The notes under the pieces: generated by a model
The model's database searches: none
What the model saw: the letters and a program-made list of their open reading frames with translations, nothing else
Told to the model about the DNA's origin: nothing
In this document: piece by piece, positions 1 through 7,949 of the stretch
How positions within the stretch are numbered: position 1 is the first letter of the stretch
Layout: each line of letters begins with the position of its first letter
DNA from: an uncultured Bacteroidota bacterium
GTDB taxonomy: Bacteria; Bacteroidota; Bacteroidia; JABEUT01
NCBI GenBank assembly: GCA_903863935.1
Contig: CAIPDV010000020.1
Span: 1 to 24,838, forward strand
Reading direction: 5' to 3'
DNA length: 24,838 nucleotides
Translations under genes and position numbers: made by a program

Positions 1-100
1 GGGCTTTGCCCGCCGCCACCTCCCCGCCAAAAGCCAAAATTTATTCTACCATTCCGAACGAAATGTGGAATCTGAAAACAATCAACATTTTATTATTCTG

Positions 101-108
101 TAATTTTG
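101..108 (+). promoter_or_regulatory. candidate -7 promoter box TAATTTTG (Bacteroidota TAnnTTTG consensus)
   Basis: Exact TAnnTTTG match 54 nt upstream of ATG 162. It lies inside the TTG-initiated ORF-track extension 6..161, which supports the shorter CDS. Confidence 0.3.
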
Positions 109-161
109 GGATATTACCCTGCACCAACCAAAAAAATCTCACTTTTGATATTTCTAACCAA

Positions 162-1067
162 ATGAAACCGGAAAACCTCATATCACCACCCTTTTTAAAA
201 AAAGGCGATTGCATTGGTATCATTGCTCCTGCCCGTAAAATTTCGGCCGGGGAACTGAACCCTGCCATTAAAATAATTGAAGATTGGGGGCTGAAAGTGA
301 AATTGGGTAAAAACATTTTCGCTTCCGATAACCAGTATGCCGGAACCGATGCCCAACGTATGGCAGATATGCAGCAAATGCTGGATGATAAAGAAGTGAA
401 CGCTATTATTTCCGCCCGTGGCGGATATGGTTCCGTTAGGATAATTGATAAACTTGATTTTTCGGTTTTCAAACATCACCCCAAATGGATTGCAGGTTAC
501 AGCGACATAACGGTGTTTCATAACCACATTCAAAAACATTATGGCATCCAGACTTTGCATAGTACCATGCCTATTAGTTTTCATAAAGATATTGAATCTA
601 CCAATTTACTTTTTGATGCACTTACGGGATTGGTAACGGAACATACTGCGGAATGTCAACCCCTGAACCGAAAAGGCACAGGCTCAGGAATACTTTGCGG
701 TGGTAATCTATCTATTCTTTATGCCCTTGCTTCTACCCCCTCGGAAAATGACACGTATGGGAAAATTCTTTTCCTGGAAGACCTGGATGAATATCTCTAC
801 CATATTGATCGTATGATGATGCAACTAAAAAGAGCAGGAAAACTTTCCGGCCTTAGCGGCCTGATAGTCGGCAGTTTTTCTGAAATGAAAGATAACACCA
901 TCCCATTCGGAAAGATAGCTGAGGAAATCATTTTAGAAGCCGTGCAGGAATATGATTTTCCAGTCTGCTTTGGTTTCCCTGCTGGACATGGAATAAAAAA
1001 TGTTCCGCTTTATATGGGGCGCTATCATGAACTGAAAGTGGATGCGCAGACTACACTAAGGTTTTAG
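162..1067 (+). CDS. LD-carboxypeptidase (peptidase S66, LdcA/MccF-like), 301 aa from ATG 162
   Basis: S66 hallmarks are present in the translation: GIIAPA strand, nucleophile motif GYSDITV, acidic FLEDLDE, and C-terminal FPAGHG histidine. Length from ATG 162 fits the ~300-aa family. Confidence 0.85.
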   Translation: MKPENLISPPFLKKGDCIGIIAPARKISAGELNPAIKIIEDWGLKVKLGKNIFASDNQYAGTDAQRMADMQQMLDDKEVNAIISARGGYGSVRIIDKLDFSVFKHHPKWIAGYSDITVFHNHIQKHYGIQTLHSTMPISFHKDIESTNLLFDALTGLVTEHTAECQPLNRKGTGSGILCGGNLSILYALASTPSENDTYGKILFLEDLDEYLYHIDRMMMQLKRAGKLSGLSGLIVGSFSEMKDNTIPFGKIAEEIILEAVQEYDFPVCFGFPAGHGIKNVPLYMGRYHELKVDAQTTLRF

Positions 1068-1089
1068 GAAAAATAATAAATCCAGAATT

Positions 1090-1212
1090 ATGCTTACCTC
1101 CTCCGAAAAAGAAATTACTAAATGGAATAAACGTTCATTTTATGTTTCTCTTGCAACACTTATAGTTATTACAATTGCTGTTGTAATTGCTATTTACGAC
1201 AATAAAATATAA
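1090..1212 (+). CDS. possible 40-aa single-pass membrane micro-protein
   Basis: ATG 1090 to TAA 1212, below the ORF-track cutoff: MLTSSEKEITKWNKRSFYVSLATLIVITIAVVIAIYDNKI. It has a polar head plus one ~20-residue hydrophobic helix and exactly fills the gap between two genes. Confidence 0.3.
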   Translation: MLTSSEKEITKWNKRSFYVSLATLIVITIAVVIAIYDNKI

Positions 1213-2670
1213 TCAGGGGTTATTTTTAATTGAATACAATTCCCAGTCATCCGGTAAATCCTCCACTTTTATTAACTGATATTTTGTTTTGAGGTATTCC
1301 CAATTCAGCATGGGGTTTTTATTCATCCACACATCTTTAAATTGTTTTTGATTAAACAATACTTGCGCTTTTTCAATAGTAATAGGCAGCGTATCCAACT
1401 TCACTTCCCACATATTTACAATCTTTCCCTTAAAGCCATAGTAGCGCACTGCAGCATCTATAGAAAAAGTATATAGGGTTGCAGGAGCCTGCTTTATCAC
1501 TTCGTTTGAAATTTTCTTTTCAGTTTTATTGTCATGATAAAACGGAATAAAGACACGGGCAAATAATCCAGATTGAATAACCAGACACAGTATAAGGATA
1601 GGTATAATCAGCATTGGTTTTGCTTTTTTCAGGAAGTGGTAGATCTTACTGAATGCAGGGAAAAACAAAATAAGTACAAAAGGAAATGAAAGAATAAGAA
1701 ACCTCAAATTCTGAAATGGAATACCCGCCAGAAATAACGCATATAGCAGAAGGCTGGCAACAAAAATCCATTGAACGGATGAATCACTTTTATTCCTTAT
1801 TGATTTAATACCTACTATTAGAAATAGTATTCCGGCGAAGCAAAAAGCAGGGTGTACCAAGTTGAATAAACAATATGCAATATTCGGAAAAGTATGAGAA
1901 GCATGTCCGTCTGCTGTATCAAAGTTTGACATGAATATGTTTTTGAAAGACCAGCCCTGTAGTAATTCATGATGCAAAAAATCCAAGGGTGTATCTTTAT
2001 GAATTAAAATATAGGGCATCAAAACCAATACTATCCCAACTCCAGCTAACATATATACTTTAAAATTAAATCTCTTTGCGAAATAATACATCACAAATAT
2101 TGCCGGAATTACAATTACAACAAGAGCTACATACCTTGTACAAATAGCTGCTGTTGCACAAACTATGAAAGCAACAAATATTTTATCCCTTTTTTCTTCT
2201 GCGTATTTTATAAAGTAATAGCTTGAAGCGGTAATAAAAAACAAGCAAAGACTATCTGACATTATTGTAATAGATGATCTTAACGGGTAGGGCGAAAAAA
2301 GAAAGAATACAAATACAAACCAGCGTGCGATTTGCGCTTCATTCTTATATAAAGCCTTTAAAATCTTCTCCAGGTAAACACCCGACAATAGAAGTGAAAT
2401 AATGGACACCAACTGAAGTCCAAACTCCGTTTTGAATACTATTGAAAGTATTGCTCCGAAGAATTGATACATGACTGGCCAATAGCTTTTACCCGGATCA
2501 ATTCCGTGTTTGGCAAACTCAATTAATGCATTTGTAAAGCGAAGATATTCGTAACTATCTTGTCCGTATAAACCATTAAAGTCTGTAATAAAGGTAAAGC
2601 AAATAATCAACGCAAACAGCAACCAATAAAGCTTGTATTCTGAAAGTCTATTGACGATTTTTCCAAACAC
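1213..2670 (-). CDS. polytopic membrane protein, putative GT-C-fold glycosyltransferase (ArnT/PMT-like; family assignment tentative)
   Basis: 485 aa with more than 10 hydrophobic helices. There is an acidic first-loop motif (YGQDSYEYLRF) where GT-C enzymes carry their DE/DxD, and a ~90-aa soluble C-terminus. It lies 1 nt from the upstream MFS gene, so it is probably in an operon with it. Confidence 0.55.
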   Translation of the reverse strand: MFGKIVNRLSEYKLYWLLFALIICFTFITDFNGLYGQDSYEYLRFTNALIEFAKHGIDPGKSYWPVMYQFFGAILSIVFKTEFGLQLVSIISLLLSGVYLEKILKALYKNEAQIARWFVFVFFLFSPYPLRSSITIMSDSLCLFFITASSYYFIKYAEEKRDKIFVAFIVCATAAICTRYVALVVIVIPAIFVMYYFAKRFNFKVYMLAGVGIVLVLMPYILIHKDTPLDFLHHELLQGWSFKNIFMSNFDTADGHASHTFPNIAYCLFNLVHPAFCFAGILFLIVGIKSIRNKSDSSVQWIFVASLLLYALFLAGIPFQNLRFLILSFPFVLILFFPAFSKIYHFLKKAKPMLIIPILILCLVIQSGLFARVFIPFYHDNKTEKKISNEVIKQAPATLYTFSIDAAVRYYGFKGKIVNMWEVKLDTLPITIEKAQVLFNQKQFKDVWMNKNPMLNWEYLKTKYQLIKVEDLPDDWELYSIKNNP

Positions 2671-2671
2671 T

Positions 2672-3865
2672 TTAGTTACTTTTATTGGTTACCTCTACCG
2701 ATAAAGATTTATTTACTCCAATAAAAATTATAACCATTATTGCTGCCGCTCCCGTAATTACAAACGTATAAACCGACCCGAACTTATACCATATAAAACC
2801 GGCGAGTGAACTCGCTATTAAGGTGGCTATGCTTTGCAGGCCTGAGAACATGCCAATGGCGGTTGCTGTATCCTTTTTATCACTTATCTTGGTTATCCAG
2901 GCTTTGGAGATACCATCGTTGCATGAGTAGTATATTCCGTATAAGAATAACAGCACAACATAAATAAGGCTGCTTTCATTCACACTCATGCCAAAATAAA
3001 CCAATGCGAAAATTAGCAATCCAATTATGAATATCCTTTTCAATCCAATCTTATCGGCCAGTATGCCTATTGGGAACGAAGTGAGTGCATATACCAGATT
3101 ATAGAAGATATAGATACCAATTAAAGTGAGGTCACTGGTTCCGGCTTCTTTCATTTTTAAAATCAGAAACACGTCCGAACTATTAAATAGGGTAAACAGT
3201 AGCAATGCTGCCACCAAGGATTTGTATGCCGGTGTACTCCGTTTCCAATAATCGAATTTAGGGAATAACCGAATTGGTAGGGACACAACATGTTGTGTCC
3301 CTACTTGTTTATCTTTTATCAAAAAGGTGAGTGCCACTGCAACAATACCAGGGAATATGGAGAACAAAAAAAGCGGACGATAATCTGCCGGATGATATAT
3401 AAGAAACACCAATGCAATACTTGGACCTATTGCTGCCCCAATAGTATCCATAGAGCGGTGGAATCCAAATACCTTACCTCTGTCGGTATTAGCTGATTCG
3501 TCCGACAGAATAGCATCGCGGGCACCGGTGCGCAGGCCTTTTCCAAGCTTGTCGAAAGTACGTCCCATTAAAACCCAAAACGGATTGGCAATAAAAACTA
3601 CAATGGGTTTTGCCAGTGCACTCAGTGCATAGCCCCATTGTACAAAGGGTGCACGCTTACCTGTTTGATCGGATAATTTTCCAAAATAACCTTTGCTGAG
3701 TCCGGCAATGGCTTCTGCAAACCCTTCAAGTATGCCAATTACCAATACCGAAAACCCAATGGATTTAAGGTAAAGCGGCATAACCGGAATGAGCATCTCA
3801 CTGGCTATATCATTGAAGAGGCTTATCAGTGAAAGAATCCATATAGCTCGGGTAATGGCTTTCAT
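2672..3865 (-). CDS. MFS transporter
   Basis: 397 aa with about 12 hydrophobic segments. An MFS loop 2-3 signature-like motif is present (GKLSDQTGKRAP), plus a second half with a similar repeat. Confidence 0.85.
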   Translation of the reverse strand: MKAITRAIWILSLISLFNDIASEMLIPVMPLYLKSIGFSVLVIGILEGFAEAIAGLSKGYFGKLSDQTGKRAPFVQWGYALSALAKPIVVFIANPFWVLMGRTFDKLGKGLRTGARDAILSDESANTDRGKVFGFHRSMDTIGAAIGPSIALVFLIYHPADYRPLFLFSIFPGIVAVALTFLIKDKQVGTQHVVSLPIRLFPKFDYWKRSTPAYKSLVAALLLFTLFNSSDVFLILKMKEAGTSDLTLIGIYIFYNLVYALTSFPIGILADKIGLKRIFIIGLLIFALVYFGMSVNESSLIYVVLLFLYGIYYSCNDGISKAWITKISDKKDTATAIGMFSGLQSIATLIASSLAGFIWYKFGSVYTFVITGAAAIMVIIFIGVNKSLSVEVTNKSN

Positions 3866-3871
3866 CTTCCG

Positions 3872-3944
3872 ATTTGATGATTTGGTAATTTAATGATTTG
3901 GCGATTAAATGACATTACATTATCAAATTACCAAATCATCAAAT
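3872..3944. repeat. 20-bp perfect inverted repeat (hairpin) between the ilvE stop and the MFS start
   Basis: ATTTGATGATTTGGTAATTT (3872..3891) is the exact reverse complement of AAATTACCAAATCATCAAAT (3925..3944), with a 33-nt loop that contains another AATGATTTGG copy. Confidence 0.75.
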
Positions 3945-3946
3945 TA

Positions 3947-5017
3947 TCAAATGTGGATTATGGTGTTCCAATTATACTTATCGGGTGCCGCACCTGAACG
4001 GATATCCGTCAGCATTTTTTTAATGCGTGTCATAACTCCATTTTCTCCGGGAACGGGAACAGAATAATCTTTACCTTTAATATCGATGCTTTGTATGTAA
4101 GAAGCCACTGCCGCAGTACCCGTGCCAAATGCTTCCTGTAGAATATTTTTTTCTAAAGCAGATTCCAGCTCAAGTGCACTTACCGTACGTTGTTGAGTAT
4201 GTATTCCCAGTTCATGTGCCAGGGTGAGGAATGAATCGCGTGTTACGCCATCTAATATTGAATCGGAAAGCGGAGGAGTTACCAATACTCCATCAATCAC
4301 AAACATCACATTCATGGTTCCTGACTCTTCAATATTCAGATCGGGTGAACCATCGGTCCATAATACCTGGTCGAAGCCCTGCATTTTGGCCAGATGAGTA
4401 GGATAAAAAGATGCACCGTAGTTACCTGCACATTTAGCAGAACCCGTTCCGCCATGTGCTGCACGGATAAAGTGGTCCTCTACTTTCACACGCAGCGGCT
4501 TATCGTAATAAGGACCTACAGGTCCTGAAAAGATGATATATTTATATTCCGAAGATATCTTTACTCCAAAACGTTCTTCTGAGGCAAACGCAAATGGACG
4601 AATATATAGTGCGGAACCTTCGCTATTCGGAACCCAGGCCTGGTCTAATTTAATAAGGTTTGTAAGCCCTTCTTCAAAAAGACGATACGACATAACAGGC
4701 ATACACATCCGTTCGAGAGAACGCATAAAACGTTCGTAATGCTTTTGAATCCGGAATATGGAAACGTTGCCATCTTTCATACGGAAAGCTTTCATTCCTT
4801 CGAACACCATTTGTCCGTAGTGCAGGGCCAATATAGTTGGGGTAAAGGATATATCCCCAAATGGTTCAATATGCTCATTACTCCATTCTCCGTCTTTATA
4901 ATCGGAGAGGAACATATGATCTGCTATGATTTTCCCAAATTCAAGGTCATTGAAATCAACCTGGGAAATACGGCTGCTCGTGGTCTTTTTTATTTTAATA
5001 TCTGCTGCTGTTATCAT
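3947..5017 (-). CDS. ilvE: branched-chain amino acid aminotransferase (fold type IV PLP enzyme)
   Basis: 356 aa with conserved blocks VFEGMKAF, LYIRPF, GTGSAKCAGNYGAS, EESGTMNVMFV and FGTGTAA, typical of the long IlvE class. Confidence 0.92.
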   Translation of the reverse strand: MITAADIKIKKTTSSRISQVDFNDLEFGKIIADHMFLSDYKDGEWSNEHIEPFGDISFTPTILALHYGQMVFEGMKAFRMKDGNVSIFRIQKHYERFMRSLERMCMPVMSYRLFEEGLTNLIKLDQAWVPNSEGSALYIRPFAFASEERFGVKISSEYKYIIFSGPVGPYYDKPLRVKVEDHFIRAAHGGTGSAKCAGNYGASFYPTHLAKMQGFDQVLWTDGSPDLNIEESGTMNVMFVIDGVLVTPPLSDSILDGVTRDSFLTLAHELGIHTQQRTVSALELESALEKNILQEAFGTGTAAVASYIQSIDIKGKDYSVPVPGENGVMTRIKKMLTDIRSGAAPDKYNWNTIIHI

Positions 5018-5055
5018 ATTCGGTTACTGGTTATTTGCAAGGATACTTATTTTTT

Positions 5056-5063
5056 CAAACATA
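5056..5063 (-). promoter_or_regulatory. candidate -7 box TATGTTTG for ilvE
   Basis: Exact TAnnTTTG on the minus strand, 39 nt upstream of the ilvE ATG (5017). Confidence 0.35.
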
Positions 5064-5147
5064 AGCATAAATAATGGTAAGTAGGACGATGAATGCCCTA
5101 TTTAACTCATATTAATACGCATTAAAGAGGCTTATTCATTTTTTTAT

Positions 5148-5155
5148 TACCTTTG
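5148..5155 (+). promoter_or_regulatory. candidate -7 box TACCTTTG for the Cys/Met-rich gene
   Basis: Exact TAnnTTTG, 30 nt upstream of ATG 5185. Confidence 0.4.
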
Positions 5156-5184
5156 AATTTATTACAAACCAATAAAATCATACT

Positions 5185-5712
5185 ATGATTCAAATTTCGT
5201 TCGCACTTGCATTAATTGCAATAGTTTTCGGAGCTCAGTTGCTGGCTCAGCATAAAAAGGAAAGCCTTGGTGCCATGTATAAATACCTGGCCTGGTTTGT
5301 AATAGCTATGGGGTTCCTTATTATCCTCTGTGATTGTGCACAAACTTTGAAACGTTGCTGCCACATGGGTCATGAAAAAATGATTGTACGCGAAGAGTGT
5401 ATGATGGGTGGCGGAGAGTGCAGTGAACATGGTATGATGGGTGGCGGACAAGGCTGCCCAATGATGATGAATCATTGTGGAGGACATGGCAATATGATGA
5501 GTTGCGGAAACGATCCTTGCTGTAAAATGATGATGAACCAATGCAATGGACACAGCAATTGCTGTTCAGATGGAAACATGGGTTGTAAAGATGGTAATAT
5601 GAGCTGCCCTGATGGAGGTAATAGTTCCTGCAAAGGTGGAATGCCTGCTGATTGCCCAATGAATAAAGGCGGTATGCAATGCAAAGCCGATAGTGGAAAG
5701 GATAAGAAATAA
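5185..5712 (+). CDS. membrane-anchored Cys/Met/Gly/His-rich protein (metallothionein-like tail)
   Basis: 175 aa with two N-terminal hydrophobic helices. The ~125-aa tail has roughly 19 Cys and 19 Met (hand count), many Gly/His/Asn and no aromatic residues. Motifs include RCCH, CMMGGGEC, CPMMMNHC, PCCKMMMNQC and NCC. It is flanked by its own -7 box and terminator. Confidence 0.7.
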   Translation: MIQISFALALIAIVFGAQLLAQHKKESLGAMYKYLAWFVIAMGFLIILCDCAQTLKRCCHMGHEKMIVREECMMGGGECSEHGMMGGGQGCPMMMNHCGGHGNMMSCGNDPCCKMMMNQCNGHSNCCSDGNMGCKDGNMSCPDGGNSSCKGGMPADCPMNKGGMQCKADSGKDKK

Positions 5713-5751
5713 TGGTTTTGTCATTCTGTGAATGACCATTTAACAATATGA

Positions 5752-5787
5752 ATAAACCCACAATTAACTTGTGGGTTTATTTTTTTC
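5752..5787 (+). terminator. rho-independent terminator
   Basis: 12-bp perfect stem ATAAACCCACAA (5752..5763) / TTGTGGGTTTAT (5769..5780), a 5-nt loop, then a T run to 5786. Confidence 0.8.
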
Positions 5788-5820
5788 CCATATTTGTAAA
5801 ATACCCCAAAATGCCTATAC

Positions 5821-7764
5821 TTGAAGTATAAAATCAGGAGATATTTAGTTGTCTTATTTTCTCTGTTCACAAGTTATTCCTTTGCATCAGGCATAAGTCC
5901 ATTGGCTTATGATGCTCCAAATAAAACCATTCTTCTCACCTCAGGAATAACAGATAAAACTGATATTTCAACATACCTTGAAACCTATATTGATTCTACC
6001 GTTAAACTTTCACTGCATGATATATTAAAACTGGGCAGCAAAGTATTATTTACGCCTAACACAAACCATTACAAATCTCATCCAGTAAACAATGTTATAT
6101 GGGCAAGGTTGGTTATAAAGAATGAATCATCACAGAATGCCGAGTGGAAACTTATACCTCATCATTCGTCAGTAACTGATTATTGCATTTACCCGAATGG
6201 CGACACAATTTCACAAATCACGGGTGTTGATATTCCTATGAACGGTCGCACGGAAAGCGCGCTTTCACCGGTACTTACTTTCCCTCTCCGGAAAGGCGAA
6301 TCAGTAGTAATTTATTTAAAAATAAATACCGGAAGCAAGCAGAATAATACCGGAAAGGTCAATATAGATTTGAGTCCTGCAAACGTTTTTGAGGAAGCCG
6401 AGAAAGTAGAGTTTTCCTTCCAGGGAATGTTTGGGGCCGTGATGCTATTCTCCACCTTGTTCGTTTTGCTGATGTATCTCTCATTGCGCGATAAAAGCTT
6501 TATTTACCTTGCATGTATAAGCTTCTTCGCTTTACTCTATTGCTGGGAAGCCAGTGGAATGAACAAGATGGTATTATTCCGTAACAGTTCGCTTTATTTT
6601 CTCGCTTTCATGTCGGTAATAAATCAGGCGGGAGGATTTATAAGCGGGTTTTTCTTTTATAACAGCATACTTCCGTTAAAGGAACAAGCGCCCAGGCTGA
6701 GAAGGATTTTTGCTACGTTAACATTCCTGCAATGCTTTATGGCGTTGTTCCGCTTCATTACTCAAAACAATTTATTACCGTTAGATGTGCTTCATTTTGC
6801 CGCCATGCTATGGTTTATTTGCATGGTTGTGGTGGTGGTATATTTCTTAATAATAAGAAACAGACAAGCAAAATTCTTAGTTATAGCAACTGTGCTATTA
6901 GCGGCATGCGCCATACTTAATGTGCTTGCTTTGGAGAACCTGGTTCCTCCTATATTTCTGCGCTCATTTCAAGTTGGCATAGTGGTCTATATTATTCTCC
7001 TGGGTATTGGTGCGGTTGATAAGGTGCGGCAAATAAGGATTGAAAAGGAAAACCTCATCCGTGAGCAAAACATTGTTCTTGAACGGCGGGTGGAAGAACG
7101 TACCCGGGAATTGAATAGTGAAAAGGAAAAATCGGATGAGTTGCTGTTGAATATTTTACCTTCGGAAACAGCACATGAATTAAAGAAACACGGGAAATCC
7201 AAAGCGCGGAGTTTTGAAAAAGTGACTGTGTTATTTACCGATTTTAAAAACTTCACCAAAGTTAGTGAGACCTTATCTCCGGAAGAATTAGTAGAAACCA
7301 TCCATCATATCTACAGTGAGTTCGATAACATCATTCACAAACATAATGTTGAGAAAATTAAAACCATTGGCGACAGTTATATGGCGGCCGGAGGCCTACC
7401 TGTCGTTAATGATACAAACCCTGCTGATGTAGTCAATGCAGCCATTGAAATTCTTCAATTTATTGAGCAGGAAAAGCAAATAAAGGTTACCGCCAACCAG
7501 CCCTATTTCGATATACGAATTGGGATACATACAGGTCCTTTGGTAGCAGGAATTGTAGGAAAAAAGAAATTCGCTTATGATATTTGGGGCGACACTGTAA
7601 ACATTGCTTCACGCATGGAATCGAGCGGAGAGCCTGGGAAAATAAATATTTCAGGAACCACCTTTGAACTTGTAAAGGATCTTTTCAATTGCAAATACAG
7701 AGGCAAAATTCACGCAAAAAATAAAGGGGATATTGATATGTATTTTGTAGAGGGGAAGAAGTAA
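5821..7764 (+). CDS. 7TMR-DISM receptor fused to a class III adenylate cyclase
   Basis: 647 aa with a TTG start. Domain order is signal peptide, ~170-aa extracellular domain, 7 hydrophobic helices, coiled coil, then a CHD cyclase domain (VLFTDFKNFT, IKTIGDSYMAAGG, YDIWGDTVNIASRMES). The Lys (IKTIGD) and Asp (YDIWG) specificity pair predicts ATP as substrate. Confidence 0.9.
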   Translation: MKYKIRRYLVVLFSLFTSYSFASGISPLAYDAPNKTILLTSGITDKTDISTYLETYIDSTVKLSLHDILKLGSKVLFTPNTNHYKSHPVNNVIWARLVIKNESSQNAEWKLIPHHSSVTDYCIYPNGDTISQITGVDIPMNGRTESALSPVLTFPLRKGESVVIYLKINTGSKQNNTGKVNIDLSPANVFEEAEKVEFSFQGMFGAVMLFSTLFVLLMYLSLRDKSFIYLACISFFALLYCWEASGMNKMVLFRNSSLYFLAFMSVINQAGGFISGFFFYNSILPLKEQAPRLRRIFATLTFLQCFMALFRFITQNNLLPLDVLHFAAMLWFICMVVVVVYFLIIRNRQAKFLVIATVLLAACAILNVLALENLVPPIFLRSFQVGIVVYIILLGIGAVDKVRQIRIEKENLIREQNIVLERRVEERTRELNSEKEKSDELLLNILPSETAHELKKHGKSKARSFEKVTVLFTDFKNFTKVSETLSPEELVETIHHIYSEFDNIIHKHNVEKIKTIGDSYMAAGGLPVVNDTNPADVVNAAIEILQFIEQEKQIKVTANQPYFDIRIGIHTGPLVAGIVGKKKFAYDIWGDTVNIASRMESSGEPGKINISGTTFELVKDLFNCKYRGKIHAKNKGDIDMYFVEGKK

Positions 7765-7779
7765 GCGGAACTTTTTTCA

Positions 7780-7857
7780 CCACTAAGACACTAAGGACAC
7801 AAAGTTTCACTAAGAAATTTCCCTTCGTGTTTCTCAGTGCTCTTAGTGTCTTAGTGG
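7780..7857. repeat. 78-nt hairpin element homologous to the inverted repeats flanking the GxxExxY gene
   Basis: CCACTAAGACACTAAGGACAC (7780..7800) pairs with GTGCTCTTAGTGTCTTAGTGG (7837..7857) at 19 of 21 positions. The arms align with 21756..21794 and 22185..22221. Confidence 0.75.
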
Positions 7858-7949
7858 TTAAGGCATTTAAACCAATTGGAAACTCAGTCATTGACTTTTT
7901 TGCTAACCACTTTTTAATGCAGTATTTTTGCAATATAAAAACAATACTT

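Noticed and set aside
6-161. TTG-initiated 52-codon N-terminal extension of the LD-carboxypeptidase ORF
   Set aside because: The extension has no similarity to the S66 family, which begins near the GIIAPA strand. It contains an exact -7 promoter box (101..108), and the ATG at 162 gives the family-typical ~300 aa.
41-584. Antisense ORFs 41..472 and 195..584 opposite the LD-carboxypeptidase gene
   Set aside because: They overlap a confidently identified CDS, and their translations have no recognisable features.
5212-5761. Three long antisense ORFs (113, 146 and 70 aa) overlapping the Cys/Met-rich gene
   Set aside because: They are a by-product of ATG/TGC/GGN-rich low-complexity coding sequence, because CAT/GCA/NCC codons on the opposite strand lack stops. 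The sense ORF has the promoter, the terminator and a coherent TM-plus-tail architecture.
5821-7764. Reading the cyclase as a Pycsar/CBASS-like antiphage nucleotide cyclase
   Set aside because: The architecture is that of a 7TMR-DISM sensory receptor cyclase with ATP-specifying residues. There is no adjacent effector gene (TIR, TM-effector, nuclease, patatin). It is more parsimoniously ordinary cAMP signalling.
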